From the NCBI GenBank assembly GCA_003598025.1, contig QZKH01000002.1, positions 270,501 to 334,500 on the forward strand: a stretch of DNA of 64,000 nucleotides. Reading direction: 5' to 3'. The notes below the pieces were generated by a model that saw nothing but the letters and a program-made list of their open reading frames with translations, was not told the DNA's origin and did not search any database. Positions 43,959 to 55,853 of this stretch are shown here, in pieces (the stretch's first letter is position 1; each line of letters begins with the position of its first letter). Position numbers and translations under genes: made by a program. The stretch is from Candidatus Omnitrophota bacterium (GTDB taxonomy: Bacteria > Omnitrophota > Gorgyraeia > Gygaellales > Profunditerraquicolaceae).

Positions 43959-45339
43959 GGTGTTGTATTGTTCTTCTGAAGTTGTCCCGTTTGCAAAAAC
44001 AGGCGGCCTTGCCGATGTTTCTGGTGCGCTGCCTTTATCTTTAGAGAAACTCGGCGTAAAAGTAAATATCGTTATGCCTTTATATTCCTTGGTGGACAGG
44101 GCTAAATTCAAGCTCTCCAAAGCAGGAAATGCAACTTATAAGGCAGTTATCGGCAGCAGGATTAATATATTTTTTATAGAGAATAAGGCTTTCTTTGACA
44201 GACCGTCTTTATATACGGATTCCAACGGTGATTATAAGGATAACCTTGAAAGGTTTTCCTATTATTGCAATAGGTCGCTTGCGCTGATTAAAGAATTTAG
44301 CCTTAAGCCGGATGTTATCCACTGCAATGATTGGCAGACATGCCTGATACCGGTTTATCTAAAGGCAAATTATTCAAAAGACCCTTATTATAAAAATATA
44401 AAGACACTTTTAACGCTTCATAACCTTGGTTACCAGGGGATTTTTCCTAAAGAAGAATATCCCAAACTTGGATTAGATAATTCATTTTTCAGCGTTGATG
44501 GATTGGAATTTTACGGCAAGGTGAATTTGCTTAAGGCGGGCATAAGGTTTTGCGATATTATTAATACCGTCAGCCCGAGGTACAGCCGGGATATACAGAC
44601 TTCGGAGTTTGGTTTCGGGCTTGAAGGATTATTGAAGGAGCGTTCCGACAGGCTTTATGGAATATTAAACGGCATAGATTATTCTATATGGGATCCCCGG
44701 AAAGACGATTTTATCGCCAGGAAATTTTCACCGGAAGACGTGCATTTAAAAACAGTAAATAAAAATGACCTGCAGAAAGTCTGTTCTCTCCCGCAGAAAG
44801 ATGTGCCGGTAGTCGGCATGGTTTCCCGGATAGTGGAGCACAAGGGTTTTGACATTATCTGCGAGGCTATTGATAAGATATGCAGTCTGCCGCTTCAAGT
44901 GGTCATCCTGGGCAAGGGAGAAGATAGATACGAGAAATTACTTAAAGCCGCAGCCAAAAAATACCCCGGGAAAATATCTGTCAATTTTGCTTTTGATGAT
45001 CTCCTGGCGCATAAAATATATGCAGGTGCAGACATGTTTCTGATGCCTTCTCAATATGAACCTTGCGGCCTTGGGCAGATGATAAGCCTTAAGTACGGCA
45101 GTATACCGATTGTTTTTAATACCGGAGGTTTAGCTGACAGCGTAAATGAAGATAACGGCTTTGTCTTTTATAAGTATGGCTGTAATCCGCTTGCGGAAAC
45201 AGTAAAAAAAGCTCTTGCCGTTTACACTGATAAGAAAGAGTGGGCTAAATTAGTAGTTAATGCGATGGAAGCGGACTTCTCTTGGGAAAGATCCGCCAGG
45301 CAATACATAAAGCTGTATGAGAAAGCAAAAGAAATATAA
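43951..45339 (+). CDS. glgA: Glycogen synthase
   Basis: KTGGLADV, IHCNDWQT, TLHNLGYQG, GILNGID, PSQYEPCGLGQ. Confidence 0.95.
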   Translation: MIEVLYCSSEVVPFAKTGGLADVSGALPLSLEKLGVKVNIVMPLYSLVDRAKFKLSKAGNATYKAVIGSRINIFFIENKAFFDRPSLYTDSNGDYKDNLERFSYYCNRSLALIKEFSLKPDVIHCNDWQTCLIPVYLKANYSKDPYYKNIKTLLTLHNLGYQGIFPKEEYPKLGLDNSFFSVDGLEFYGKVNLLKAGIRFCDIINTVSPRYSRDIQTSEFGFGLEGLLKERSDRLYGILNGIDYSIWDPRKDDFIARKFSPEDVHLKTVNKNDLQKVCSLPQKDVPVVGMVSRIVEHKGFDIICEAIDKICSLPLQVVILGKGEDRYEKLLKAAAKKYPGKISVNFAFDDLLAHKIYAGADMFLMPSQYEPCGLGQMISLKYGSIPIVFNTGGLADSVNEDNGFVFYKYGCNPLAETVKKALAVYTDKKEWAKLVVNAMEADFSWERSARQYIKLYEKAKEI

Positions 45340-45931
45340 TAAAAAATTAGTCATCGGCTTGACCGGTAATTTCGGCAGCGGCAAGTCCACCGTGGCAGGT
45401 CTATTCCGTGAGCTCGGCGCTTATGTGATAGATGCTGATAAACTCGCGCGCAAGGCAGTTTCCCCCGGGGCAAAGGCTTACAATAAGATAGTAAAGGTTT
45501 TCGGTAAGGCGATTTTAAGGAAGAACGGGCATATTGATAGGGTACGCCTTGCAGGCCGTGTATTTTGCGACAGGAAGGCTTTGGTAAGTTTGAACAGCAT
45601 CATTCATCCTGAAGTAATCAGGGCCATAAAAGAGAAAATATCTGCCAGTAAATACAGGATAATACTGCTTGATGTCCCTTTATTGATTGAGTCAGGGTTG
45701 AGCCGCATATCAGATAAAGTGATCGTGGTTAAGGCCTCAGCAAATACGATAGCTCGGAGGCTTTCAGGTAAAAGAGGTTTCAGCATTCAAGAGATTAAGG
45801 ATAGGACTAAAAACCAGATGCCTATCCGGGATAAACTCCGCTTAGCGGATTTTGTAATAGATAATAACCGCAGTTTCAAAAATACAAGCGTACAGGTAGA
45901 AAAAATAAGGAGGAAGTTGTGGAAAAGTTAG
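45317..45931 (+). CDS. coaE: Dephospho-CoA kinase
   Basis: [38 protein letters not shown]. Confidence 0.94.
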   Translation: MRKQKKYNKKLVIGLTGNFGSGKSTVAGLFRELGAYVIDADKLARKAVSPGAKAYNKIVKVFGKAILRKNGHIDRVRLAGRVFCDRKALVSLNSIIHPEVIRAIKEKISASKYRIILLDVPLLIESGLSRISDKVIVVKASANTIARRLSGKRGFSIQEIKDRTKNQMPIRDKLRLADFVIDNNRSFKNTSVQVEKIRRKLWKS

Positions 45932-47175
45932 TAATAAGCGAATTAAAAGATAAGAAAATATCCGAGTTGAACAAGATTGCCAAGGCGATGAATATTAACG
46001 GCATAAGCGGTTTGAGAAAACAAGAGATGATATTTAAATTGCTGCAGGCGCAGGCGGAGAAAGAGGGCCTGATGTTCGGGGAGGGCATATTGGAGATACT
46101 CCCTGAAGGCTTCGGGTTCTTGCGGTCAACCAATTATAATTATTTACCGTGCCCTGACGATATATACATATCTCCTTCTCAAATCAGAAAATTTGACCTA
46201 AGGACGGGGGATACCGTATCAGGCCAGATCAGGCCGCCGAAGGAGGGAGAAAAATATTTTGCCCTTCTTAAGGTGGAAGCGGTGAATTTTGAGAATCCCG
46301 AAGATGCAAAAGAAAAAGTCCTTTTTGACAACCTTACTCCTATTTATCCCCAGGAGAGATTCAACCTTGAGACAAAACCCGAGGAATTGTCGATGAGGGT
46401 CATGGACCTGCTTACACCTATAGGCAAAGGCCAGAGAGGCTTGATTGTCGCCCAGCCCTACAGCGGAAAGACAGTATTGCTGCAGAAGATAGCCAATGCC
46501 ATAACCACAAATCATCCGGAATCTATCTTGATCGTTCTTCTAATAGATGAAAGGCCGGAAGAGGTTACGGATATGCAGAGGCATGTTAACGGCGAGGTGG
46601 TTTCTTCTACCTTTGACGAGCCTCCGGAGAGGCATTTGCAGGTCGCTGAGATCGTATTGGAAAAAGCTAAGCGCCTTGTAGAGCACAAGAAAGATGTGGT
46701 TATACTTTTAGACAGTATCACAAGGCTTGCCAGGGCTTATAACTCTGTAATCCCGCATAGCGGCAAGGTTTTATCCGGCGGTATTGATTCCAACGCCTTG
46801 CAGAAACCTAAGAGGTTCTTCGGTGCCGCAAGAGGGCTTGAGGAAGGCGGAAGCCTCACGATTATTGCCACAGCTCTTATCGATACCGGCAGCAGGATGG
46901 ACGAGGTAATATTTGAAGAGTTCAAGGGCACCGGCAACATGGAGCTCCAGCTTGACCGCAATCTTTTCCAGCGCAGGATATATCCGGCGATTGATATAAA
47001 AAGGTCGAATACACGCCATGAGGAGCTGCTTATGAAGCAGGAAAAGCTCCAAAAAATATGGATATTAAGGAAAGTGCTTAATGAGCTGAATAACGTCGAG
47101 GCGATGGAGCTTCTGATAGAAAAGCTGGCCAAGACCAAGAACAACGAAGAGTTTTTAAACAGTATGAACCATTAA
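45919..47175 (+). CDS. rho: Transcription termination factor Rho
   Basis: [58 protein letters not shown]; GTG start. Confidence 0.97.
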   Translation: MEKLVISELKDKKISELNKIAKAMNINGISGLRKQEMIFKLLQAQAEKEGLMFGEGILEILPEGFGFLRSTNYNYLPCPDDIYISPSQIRKFDLRTGDTVSGQIRPPKEGEKYFALLKVEAVNFENPEDAKEKVLFDNLTPIYPQERFNLETKPEELSMRVMDLLTPIGKGQRGLIVAQPYSGKTVLLQKIANAITTNHPESILIVLLIDERPEEVTDMQRHVNGEVVSSTFDEPPERHLQVAEIVLEKAKRLVEHKKDVVILLDSITRLARAYNSVIPHSGKVLSGGIDSNALQKPKRFFGAARGLEEGGSLTIIATALIDTGSRMDEVIFEEFKGTGNMELQLDRNLFQRRIYPAIDIKRSNTRHEELLMKQEKLQKIWILRKVLNELNNVEAMELLIEKLAKTKNNEEFLNSMNH

Positions 47176-47203
47176 TGTTGGAGAATTAAAAACAGGAGGA
47201 AGA

Positions 47204-47410
47204 ATGAAAGAAAAAATACACCCCAATTACAAAGACTGTACGATAGTATGTGCATGCGGAGAGACGATCCATACCCGTTCCACAAAACCGAACATAAGGG
47301 TAGAGGTCTGTTCTAAGTGCCATCCTTATTTTACGGGAAAGCAAAAGTTTGTTGATTCAGCGGGAAGGGTAGAGAAGTTTATTAAGAAGTATAAGAAATC
47401 AAATGGCTGA
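47204..47410 (+). CDS. rpmE: 50S ribosomal protein L31 (zinc-binding form)
   Basis: [25 protein letters not shown]. Confidence 0.96.
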   Translation: MKEKIHPNYKDCTIVCACGETIHTRSTKPNIRVEVCSKCHPYFTGKQKFVDSAGRVEKFIKKYKKSNG

Positions 47411-48482
47411 AAAACTTGATTTGTCAAAATATCAGGCTTTTGAAAAACGATATAGCGAACTTGAGCACTTGTTGGCTTCTCAGGAGGTGATAGCTGACAA
47501 AGAGCAATACAGCAGGCTTGCCAAGGAACTTTCTTCCATATCCAATAAAGTATCATTGTTCAGGGAATATGAGAAGACAGCAAGGAATATTGACGAGCTT
47601 AAGGCTATGCTGAGCGCCAAGCATGATAAAGAATTCATTGAGCTTGCTAACAGCGAATTACATGAGCTCAAAGAGAAGAAACAACAGCTGGAGAAAAGCC
47701 TTATTGAGGCATTGAAAGCCAGGGATGAAGAATCCGGTAAAGATGTCATAGTGGAGATCCGCCAGGGTACCGGGGGCATGGAGGCAGGGCTGTTTGCCGC
47801 TGACCTCTTCAGGATGTATTCCAAATATGCCTTAACCAAGAATTGGGCCGTAGAGGTAATGTCATCCCACCCTACTGAATTAGGCGGGTTCAAGGAAATA
47901 GTCTTTGCTATAAAAGGCAAGGATGTTTTTAAACATATGAGATTTGAAAGCGGAGTGCATAGGGTGCAGCGCGTCCCTCACACCGAAGCCCAGGGCCGAA
48001 TACACACTTCGACTGCTACTGTTGCAGTATTAGTTGAGCCCGAAGACGTAGAGCTTGTCATTGACCCTAAAGACCTAAGGATTGATACTTACAGGTCTTC
48101 AGGCCCCGGAGGCCAGCATATGCAGAAGAGCGATTCGGCAGTGCGTATTACCCATATACCTACGGGAATGGTTGTAGCCTGCCAGGATGAACGGTCTCAG
48201 CTTAAGAATAAAACAAAGGCAATGAGGATTTTAAGAGCAAGGCTATTGGAGGTAAAGAGGGAAACAGAATTTAAAAAGGTCTCAGAAGAGCGTAAATCTC
48301 AAATCGGGAGCGGAGACAGGAGCGAAAAAATACGAACCTATAATTTCCCTGACAGGCGGGTTACTGACCACCGGATAAACTTTACTTCTCACAGGCTTGA
48401 GTCCGTATTAGAAGGCGATATGGATGAATTAATATCGGCCATTATCAAAGCTAACGAGGATAAGCTGAATGAACGAAGCTGA
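47403..48482 (+). CDS. prfA: Peptide chain release factor 1
   Basis: [13 protein letters not shown] (PxT), [19 protein letters not shown]; followed by prmC. Confidence 0.96.
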   Translation: MAEKLDLSKYQAFEKRYSELEHLLASQEVIADKEQYSRLAKELSSISNKVSLFREYEKTARNIDELKAMLSAKHDKEFIELANSELHELKEKKQQLEKSLIEALKARDEESGKDVIVEIRQGTGGMEAGLFAADLFRMYSKYALTKNWAVEVMSSHPTELGGFKEIVFAIKGKDVFKHMRFESGVHRVQRVPHTEAQGRIHTSTATVAVLVEPEDVELVIDPKDLRIDTYRSSGPGGQHMQKSDSAVRITHIPTGMVVACQDERSQLKNKTKAMRILRARLLEVKRETEFKKVSEERKSQIGSGDRSEKIRTYNFPDRRVTDHRINFTSHRLESVLEGDMDELISAIIKANEDKLNERS

Positions 48483-49263
48483 ACTTGTATTTACGGATGT
48501 CCTGCAGTGCGATAGAGTGTCTTTATATTCCGCAAGAGGTGTTATACTTAACCGCAGGCAGCTTTCTAAGATTTCTAGCGTATTTAAACGCAGGCTTAAC
48601 GGAGAGCCCCTTCAGTATATTTTAGGCAAGACCGAATTCATGGGTTTTGAATTTAAGGTAAACAGGAGCGTGCTTATCCCCAGGCCCGAGACAGAGATCA
48701 TGGTAGAGGAATGCATAGGTATAATAAGAAATATTTCCGCTAAAGGCAAGGCGTCAGTTTTGGATATTGGCACAGGTTCCGGATGCATAGCTGTTTCTTT
48801 GGCAAAATTATGCCCGAAAACATTATCCATCGATGCTGTTGATATATCCGGCGGCGCTCTATCAGTGGCTGCGGATAATGCTCATAGAAACGGAGTTGCA
48901 GGCAGGATAAATTTCATAAAAAGCGATTTATTCAAGGAACTTAATCCGCGGAAGAAATACGACCTCATAGTTTCGAATCCCCCGTATGTAGAAAGAGGTA
49001 TGATAGGCAGATTAGAAAAAGAGATCCATTTTGAGCCGAGGTTAGCGCTTGACGGCGGGGATTCCGGCCTGGATTTCTATAAAGCGATAATTTCTGATGC
49101 GCCTTCATTTATGAAAGAAAACGGATTCATAGTTTTTGAGGCAGGCCTGGGCCAGGCGGAAAGAATAAAAAATATTTTTTACAAAAATGATAAATTTGAG
49201 ATAATAGGTAAGGTTAAAGATTACAATGATATTGAAAGGGTCATAATAGCTAAATATGGATAA
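48469..49263 (+). CDS. prmC: Release factor glutamine methyltransferase
   Basis: [33 protein letters not shown]. Confidence 0.95.
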   Translation: MNEAELVFTDVLQCDRVSLYSARGVILNRRQLSKISSVFKRRLNGEPLQYILGKTEFMGFEFKVNRSVLIPRPETEIMVEECIGIIRNISAKGKASVLDIGTGSGCIAVSLAKLCPKTLSIDAVDISGGALSVAADNAHRNGVAGRINFIKSDLFKELNPRKKYDLIVSNPPYVERGMIGRLEKEIHFEPRLALDGGDSGLDFYKAIISDAPSFMKENGFIVFEAGLGQAERIKNIFYKNDKFEIIGKVKDYNDIERVIIAKYG

Positions 49264-50518
49264 ACTTATAATTGAAGGCGGTAATAGGTTAAAAGGCGAA
49301 GTTGAGGTTTCTGGCTCAAAGAATTCGGTACTGCCGATATTTGCGGCAACTCTGTTAACGGACAAGCCCTGTGTGATTAAAGGAGTGCCGATGTTGCGGG
49401 ATACAAATACTATGCTCAAGATCCTTAAGTCATTGGGCAAGAACATCGACCTTGACGGCAAAAATGTCAGGATTACAACGGGTAAACAACTCAAATATTT
49501 TGCGGATTACAAGCTTGTTTCTACCATGCGCGCTTCATTCTGTGTCCTGGGCCCGCTTTTAGGCCGCTTTAAAAAGGCAGAGGTTTCTTTGCCGGGCGGA
49601 TGCGTTATAGGTGTGCGCCCAGTAGACCTGCATTTAAAAGGCATTAAGTCTCTTGGAGCGGATATCAATATCGAATCGGGTTATGTTATTGCCAATGCCA
49701 GAAAATTAAAAGGCGCCTATGTTTATTTGGGAGGCGTATTCGGTTCTTCTGTGCTGGCTACTGATAACGTAATGATGACAGCGGTTTTAGCCAAAGGTAA
49801 AACAGTGATTGAATCTGCTGCCTGCGAGCCTGAGGTAGTAGATTTAGCGGAGTTCCTGATAAAGATGGGAGCTAAGATAAAGGGCCACGGCACCCCGATA
49901 ATTGAGATAGAGGGTGTAAACCACCTGCAAGGTGCTGAGCACGAGATAATCCCTGACAGGATAGAAGCAGGCACCCTGATGGTCGCTGCGCTTATTACGC
50001 GCGGAGATATAACTATAAAAAGAGCATTGTACCAGCATCTGGGCGCGCTTATCGATAAACTGCAGGAAGCAGGTGCAGGCATATATAAGAGTAACGGTTC
50101 AATAAGGGTAAAATATAAGGGAAGGCTAAAGCCAATTAATATTACCACATTGCCTTATCCGGGTTTTCCCACGGATATGCAGGCGCAGGTCATGAGTCTT
50201 ATGACCGTTACTCCCGGGATAAGCCTAATTACAGAAAAGATATACCCTGACCGTTTTATGCATGTTGCCGAACTTAACCGTATGGGAGCGCGTATTCAAA
50301 GAGAGGGTCCGCATGCGGTGGTAGAAGGGGCGAAATCGCTTAGCGGGGCTGCGGTCATGGCATCTGACTTGAGGGCCTCTGCGGGGCTTGTATTAGCCGG
50401 CTTGTGTGCCAAGGGCAGAACTTCAGTTTCCAGGATCTATCATCTTGAACGTGGTTACGAAAATATGGAATCCAAGCTGCAGGGGCTAGGCGCAAAGATA
50501 TGGAGAGAAAAAGAATGA
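49256..50518 (+). CDS. murA: UDP-N-acetylglucosamine 1-carboxyvinyltransferase
   Basis: [21 protein letters not shown] (active-site Cys), [20 protein letters not shown]. Confidence 0.97.
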   Translation: MDKLIIEGGNRLKGEVEVSGSKNSVLPIFAATLLTDKPCVIKGVPMLRDTNTMLKILKSLGKNIDLDGKNVRITTGKQLKYFADYKLVSTMRASFCVLGPLLGRFKKAEVSLPGGCVIGVRPVDLHLKGIKSLGADINIESGYVIANARKLKGAYVYLGGVFGSSVLATDNVMMTAVLAKGKTVIESAACEPEVVDLAEFLIKMGAKIKGHGTPIIEIEGVNHLQGAEHEIIPDRIEAGTLMVAALITRGDITIKRALYQHLGALIDKLQEAGAGIYKSNGSIRVKYKGRLKPINITTLPYPGFPTDMQAQVMSLMTVTPGISLITEKIYPDRFMHVAELNRMGARIQREGPHAVVEGAKSLSGAAVMASDLRASAGLVLAGLCAKGRTSVSRIYHLERGYENMESKLQGLGAKIWREKE

Positions 50519-51081
50519 TTTTAATGATTGATAATTATGACTCATTTACCTATAACTTGGTCCAGTATCTGGGCGAGCTGGGCCAGGACGTAAAAGTCTA
50601 TAGAAATGACAAGATTACTATTAACCAGATTAAAAGGTTAAAGCCGGCTAAGATATTGATTTCTCCCGGTCCGGGCCGGCCGGAGGATGCCGGAATATCT
50701 TGCGCCGTTATAAAAGAACTTGAAGGCAAAGTCCCGATATTAGGGGTTTGTCTGGGGCATCAATGTATAGGTTATGTTTATGGGGGCAAGATAATCAATG
50801 CGCGTAAACTTATGCATGGCAAGACTTCGTTGATTTATCACAATCGTAAAGAAATATTCCGCGGGATCCCTAATCCTTTTGAAGCTACAAGGTATCATTC
50901 ATTGATTGTCGAGCGCAGCTCTCTTCCCGGATGCCTTGAGATAACAGCAAAGACAAAAGAAGGAGAAATAATGGGTTTAAAGCATAAGATTTTTCCGACT
51001 TGGGGCGTGCAATTCCACCCGGAATCCATATTGACAAGATGCGGCAAGGATATACTTGCTAATTTCCTGAAAGCCGCCTGA
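50515..51081 (+). CDS. trpG: Anthranilate synthase component II (glutamine amidotransferase)
   Basis: [33 protein letters not shown]; ATGA overlap with murA; heads trpDCF. Confidence 0.9.
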   Translation: MILMIDNYDSFTYNLVQYLGELGQDVKVYRNDKITINQIKRLKPAKILISPGPGRPEDAGISCAVIKELEGKVPILGVCLGHQCIGYVYGGKIINARKLMHGKTSLIYHNRKEIFRGIPNPFEATRYHSLIVERSSLPGCLEITAKTKEGEIMGLKHKIFPTWGVQFHPESILTRCGKDILANFLKAA

Positions 51082-51108
51082 AAGAGTTTTAATCAAAATC
51101 CAAAGCAT

Positions 51109-52116
51109 ATGATCCAGGAAGCTATAACCTTATTAAAAGAAAAAAAGGACTTAAATCCTGAGCAGATGTATTCTGCCATGGAGGAGATAATGGCAGGTAA
51201 AGCCGTTACGGAGGATATTGTCCGGTTTTTGCTGGCCCTGGAGGATAAAGGTTATGCTGTCGAAGAGTTGACTTCTGCAGCCAGGGTAATGCGCAAGTTT
51301 GCCGTGAAGATAAGCCCGAAGGAGAAAGAGATACTGGATACCTGCGGCACGGGTGGTGACCAGAAAGGGACTTTTAATGTTTCTACCGCAGTGGCATTCG
51401 TGGCCAGCGGATGCGGTGTTACTGTAGCAAAGCATGGAAACCGTTCAGTCTCAAGCTGCTGCGGAAGCGCCGATATCCTTGAGTCTTTAGGCGTGAACAT
51501 TGAGATGAGCGTAGAAAAGATAGAGGCATGCCTTGATGATATAGGCATAGCTTTTCTTTTTGCGCAGAGAATGCATCCGGCTATGAAGAACGCCATGCCT
51601 GCCAGAAAGCAGATAGGCAGGAGGACGATATTTAATATATTGGGTCCTTTGGCAAACCCTGCTTCGGCAACACATCAATTGATCGGAGTATTTGAGCCTG
51701 CGCTTACCCGGGATTTAGCCAGCGTATTGATGAAGCTAGGCAGTAAGAGTGCTCTGGTTGTATGCGGTGATGACGGCCTGGATGAAATATCGGTTTCAGA
51801 TTCTACTGTGGTTTCAGAGCTGCGCAATGGCAAGATATCGACTTATAAGATTTTCCCGGAAGATTTTAATATCAAAAGGGTAGATTTGAAATATTTACAA
51901 ACTTCCGATATCGCCGGTAACAAAAAGGTCATAATGGATGTTTTAGGTGGGAGTAAAAGTCCTTGCCGCGATATAGTTGTTTTGAATTCTGCGGCAGCAT
52001 TATTTGCGGCAGGAACCGTCGGTTCTATAAAAAGCGGTATGGGGCTTGCAGCCGAATCTATTGATTCGGGCCGGGCGTTAAGAAAATTAGAACTTTTAAT
52101 CGAATATTCCCGTTAA
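51109..52116 (+). CDS. trpD: Anthranilate phosphoribosyltransferase
   Basis: DTCGTGGD, FNVST, KHGNRSVSS..GSAD, RTIFNILGPL.NP, GLDE. Confidence 0.96.
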   Translation: MIQEAITLLKEKKDLNPEQMYSAMEEIMAGKAVTEDIVRFLLALEDKGYAVEELTSAARVMRKFAVKISPKEKEILDTCGTGGDQKGTFNVSTAVAFVASGCGVTVAKHGNRSVSSCCGSADILESLGVNIEMSVEKIEACLDDIGIAFLFAQRMHPAMKNAMPARKQIGRRTIFNILGPLANPASATHQLIGVFEPALTRDLASVLMKLGSKSALVVCGDDGLDEISVSDSTVVSELRNGKISTYKIFPEDFNIKRVDLKYLQTSDIAGNKKVIMDVLGGSKSPCRDIVVLNSAAALFAAGTVGSIKSGMGLAAESIDSGRALRKLELLIEYSR

Positions 52117-52120
52117 ACCT

Positions 52121-52903
52121 ATGAAAGACACGCTTAAAGAAATAATAAAAGTTAAGAAAGAAAAATTACTTCTTGCAAAACAAGCCTTGCCCGAAGATGA
52201 GCTTAAATCCAGGCTAACAGGTTTACCCGAGGCCCGTGGTTTCACCCAGGCTATAGCTAAGCCAAAACAGATATCGCTTATTGCTGAGTTGAAGAAAGCC
52301 TCTCCGTCAAAAGGCCTGATACGCCAAGATTTTGACATTGCTAAACTTGCAGCTGCTTACCAGGAGGCCGGGGCACAGGCTATTTCGGTATTGACCGAAG
52401 AAGATTTTTTTCAGGGGAACTTATCTTATCTACAGATAGCCAGAGATAATGCAAACCTCCCTGTTTTAAGGAAAGATTTTATCATGGAGGCATACCAGAT
52501 TTATGAATCCCGTGTTTTTGGAGCCGATGCAGTACTTCTTATAGCAGATATACTTTCTAAGGATAAGCTGGTTGAATTGATGGGGATTTCAAAAGAGCTC
52601 GGACTTGATTGCCTGGTAGAGGTGCATGACGAGAAAGAGCTGAAAAAAGTCCTGAACCTTAAAGTGCCGCTAATCGGTATAAATAACCGTGATCTTCATT
52701 CGCTGGAAGTGGATTTCAAAATAACCGAAAAATTGTTCCCGCTTATCCCTAAAGAAAAAATAGTCGTAGTAGAAAGCGGGATAAAGACTTATCAGGATAT
52801 ATTATTTCTCAAGATTCTCGGGGCAAGCGCCGTACTTATCGGAGAAGCTATTATGAGCAGCCAGGATGTCCGTCAGAAAATAGAAGAAATAATGGGCTGG
52901 TAG
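52121..52903 (+). CDS. trpC: Indole-3-glycerol phosphate synthase
   Basis: IAELKKASPSKG, ISVLTE, LRKDFI, GINNRDL, VESGI. Confidence 0.96.
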   Translation: MKDTLKEIIKVKKEKLLLAKQALPEDELKSRLTGLPEARGFTQAIAKPKQISLIAELKKASPSKGLIRQDFDIAKLAAAYQEAGAQAISVLTEEDFFQGNLSYLQIARDNANLPVLRKDFIMEAYQIYESRVFGADAVLLIADILSKDKLVELMGISKELGLDCLVEVHDEKELKKVLNLKVPLIGINNRDLHSLEVDFKITEKLFPLIPKEKIVVVESGIKTYQDILFLKILGASAVLIGEAIMSSQDVRQKIEEIMGW

Positions 52904-52908
52904 CTTAA

Positions 52909-53532
52909 ATGGTTAAGATAAAAATATGCGGGATAACTAACATTAAAGATGCCCTTGATTCAATCAGGCTGGGGGCGCATGCCTTAGGCTTTGTATTTTA
53001 CAAAAAAAGCCCCAGGTATATACGCCCTATAGATGCAAAGAGCATAATTGAACGTTTGCCTTCGGGGATAATGAAAGTCGGCGTATTTGTCGGGGGAAGC
53101 CGAAAGTCCATAAAAAATATTTTACGTTCGTGTAAACTAGATGCTTTACAATTGCATGGCGGGCAGACGCCGCAGTTCTGCAGAGGATTTAAAGGCTACA
53201 GGGTAATAAAATGCCTCAAGGTAAGAAAAGCTATAGATAAGAAGGAGATAAACAGATATAATGTATATGCTTTGCTTTTTGATACTTTTGACAAGGATGT
53301 TGCCGGGGGGACTGGCCGCAGGTTTGACTGGAAATTATTAAAGGGCATCCCAAGAAATAATAAATTGTTTTTTCTTTCCGGAGGCTTAACAGCCGGAAAT
53401 GTGGGTTTGGCAATAAAAATTGTCCGTCCCGACTGGGTTGATGTTTCTTCATCTTTGGAATCGCGCCCTGGAAAGAAAGACGCAGCCAGGGTCAGAAGAT
53501 TTATAAACGCAGTAAAAAGAACCAAAATATGA
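52909..53532 (+). CDS. trpF: Phosphoribosylanthranilate isomerase
   Basis: [36 protein letters not shown]. Confidence 0.95.
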   Translation: MVKIKICGITNIKDALDSIRLGAHALGFVFYKKSPRYIRPIDAKSIIERLPSGIMKVGVFVGGSRKSIKNILRSCKLDALQLHGGQTPQFCRGFKGYRVIKCLKVRKAIDKKEINRYNVYALLFDTFDKDVAGGTGRRFDWKLLKGIPRNNKLFFLSGGLTAGNVGLAIKIVRPDWVDVSSSLESRPGKKDAARVRRFINAVKRTKI

Positions 53533-53876
53533 AGAAGTGCCCTTACTGTGCAGAGAAAATACAGGATGAGGCGATTAAGTGCAGGTTCTGCGGAGAATCA
53601 CTTAAGAACAAAAGAGGTTGTTTAAATTGTTTGATCGGCTGTCTTCTGTTTATGGTTGTTTCTGTGCTGGTGTTCCACATCTTTGTCTACCTGGTATTTT
53701 TTCTTATAAGGTTTTTGTTCGAAGGGGCATTTTTTGAGATGGGCAGTCACCGTTATTATTATGCGCCCATGGGTGTTGAATATGCGGGATCAGTTGTAAT
53801 TGAGATGCTGAGAAATCTCGATAACCTATGGTTCAGGATTACGGACGCTTTAGGTAAAGGTCTAACACAATTTTAA
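53529..53876 (+). CDS. Zinc-ribbon membrane protein
   Basis: [22 protein letters not shown] followed by a hydrophobic segment; ATGA overlap with trpF. Confidence 0.8.
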   Translation: MKKCPYCAEKIQDEAIKCRFCGESLKNKRGCLNCLIGCLLFMVVSVLVFHIFVYLVFFLIRFLFEGAFFEMGSHRYYYAPMGVEYAGSVVIEMLRNLDNLWFRITDALGKGLTQF

Positions 53877-53892
53877 ACCACTATACAAAAAT

Positions 53893-55071
53893 ATGAATCC
53901 GGATAAAAAGGGACATTTTGGAGAGTTCGGCGGCAGATTCGTGCCGGAGACGCTGGTGTTTGCGTTGAACCAGCTTGAGCATGAGTTTAACAGGGTTAAA
54001 ACCGATGTTAAATTCAAGCGCGAGCTTAGCGGGTATTTTAAAGATTATGCAGGCAGGCCTACGCCGTTATATTTTGCCAAGAGTTTAAGTAAATTTATCG
54101 GCTCAAGGGTCTATTTAAAAAGAGAGGATCTGCTGCATACGGGAGCGCATAAGATAAATAATACACTGGGCCAGGTATTGCTTGCTGTTAGAATGGGCAA
54201 AAAGAGGATAATAGCCGAAACCGGTGCCGGGCAACACGGAGTTGCCACTGCTACGGTAGCTGCACTTTTTGGCCTTGAGTGTTTCGTTTATATGGGTAAA
54301 GAAGATATAGAAAGGCAGGCTTTAAATGTCTATAGAATGAAATTATTGGGAGCCCGTGTTGTCCCTGTTACTTCTGGTTCCAGGACATTGAAAGATGCCA
54401 TGACAGAAGCTTTAAGAGACTGGGTAACAAATGTGCGTGATACCTATTATATAATAGGTAGCGTAGCCGGCCCGCATCCTTATCCTTTGATAGTGAGGCA
54501 TTTTCAATCAGTAATCGGTGTGGAGGCCAGAAAACAGATAAAAATGCAGGAGGGCAAACTTCCGGATTACCTGGTTGCCTGTGTCGGAGGGGGCAGTAAT
54601 GCTATGGGTTTATTTCACCCCTTCTTTAAAGATAAGAGCGTAAAATTTATCGGGGTAGAGGCAGCCGGCAGGGGGATAAAATCCCAGAAACATGCGGCTA
54701 CTTTAGTAGCCGGAAGTATCGGTGTCCTGCATGGCTCTAAATCCGGGTTGCTGCAGGATAAGTTTGGCCAGGTTAAGGAAGCTTATTCTATAGCAGCCGG
54801 CCTTGATTATCCTGGAGTGGGCCCTGAGCATACCTATTATAAGTCTATCAAAAGGGCTAGTTATTATTGTGTCAACGATAAAGAAGCGCTTCAGGGATTT
54901 AAGATGCTTTCAGAATATGAAGGCATAATACCTGCTTTGGAATCAGCACATGCAATAGCTTTTTTGCAGAAGCTACGCGGCAAGATAAAGAAAGGCTCTG
55001 TTATAATTGTCTGTCTTTCCGGCAGGGGTGACAAAGATATGGGTATAGCAACAAAAGAGCTTAAGCTATGA
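53893..55071 (+). CDS. trpB: Tryptophan synthase beta chain
   Basis: [53 protein letters not shown]. Confidence 0.97.
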   Translation: MNPDKKGHFGEFGGRFVPETLVFALNQLEHEFNRVKTDVKFKRELSGYFKDYAGRPTPLYFAKSLSKFIGSRVYLKREDLLHTGAHKINNTLGQVLLAVRMGKKRIIAETGAGQHGVATATVAALFGLECFVYMGKEDIERQALNVYRMKLLGARVVPVTSGSRTLKDAMTEALRDWVTNVRDTYYIIGSVAGPHPYPLIVRHFQSVIGVEARKQIKMQEGKLPDYLVACVGGGSNAMGLFHPFFKDKSVKFIGVEAAGRGIKSQKHAATLVAGSIGVLHGSKSGLLQDKFGQVKEAYSIAAGLDYPGVGPEHTYYKSIKRASYYCVNDKEALQGFKMLSEYEGIIPALESAHAIAFLQKLRGKIKKGSVIIVCLSGRGDKDMGIATKELKL

Positions 55072-55853
55072 ACAGGATAGAAAAAAAATTCAAAGAGTTA
55101 AAGCGTAAAAACAAAAAAGCCCTGGTTGCTTTTATTACTGCCGGGTATCCAAGCCTGAGCGCTACAGAAAAACTGATAATCCGGCTTGAGCAAGCCGGAG
55201 TTGATATCATAGAATTAGGCATCCCTTTTTCAGACCCTATGGCAGACGGGCCGATAATACAAGAATCTTCCCAGGAGGCTTTAAATAAAGGGGTTAACGT
55301 TGTTAATATACTTCAGACTGTAAGAAGGGCTAGAAAGCAGGTAAGACTGCCGCTGTGCCTTATGACGTATTATAACCCCGTATTCCGTTACGGCCAGGAC
55401 AGGTTCGTAAGGGATTCGGTTGCAAGCGGAGTTGACGGGCTTATTGTCCCGGATCTGCCGCCCGATGAAGCCGCCGGATTGATAAAAAAAGCAAGGAAGA
55501 CAGGTTTAGATACGATATTTTTTGTCTCTCCTACCACATCCAGGGAGAGGATGAAATTTATAGCAAAGAATACTACGGGTTTCATTTATTATGTTTCCAC
55601 AACCGGTGTAACCGGTCCACGCAGCAATATTCCTGGTGACCTGCTGGTAAACCTCAGGGCAATAAAGAATATAACCTCAAAGCCGGTGTGCGTAGGTTTT
55701 GGGGTCTCAAACAGGGACCAGGCCTTGAAGATTTCCAGAATAGCAGACGGAGTAATTGTCGGCAGCGCAATAGTGAAAAAGATAAAAGAATGCAGTAAGC
55801 ACCCAGCCTTTATTAATAAAGTTGCAGCATTTGTTTCTTCTCTTAAAATATAA
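55068..55853 (+). CDS. trpA: Tryptophan synthase alpha chain
   Basis: [42 protein letters not shown]. Confidence 0.96.
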   Translation: MNRIEKKFKELKRKNKKALVAFITAGYPSLSATEKLIIRLEQAGVDIIELGIPFSDPMADGPIIQESSQEALNKGVNVVNILQTVRRARKQVRLPLCLMTYYNPVFRYGQDRFVRDSVASGVDGLIVPDLPPDEAAGLIKKARKTGLDTIFFVSPTTSRERMKFIAKNTTGFIYYVSTTGVTGPRSNIPGDLLVNLRAIKNITSKPVCVGFGVSNRDQALKISRIADGVIVGSAIVKKIKECSKHPAFINKVAAFVSSLKI

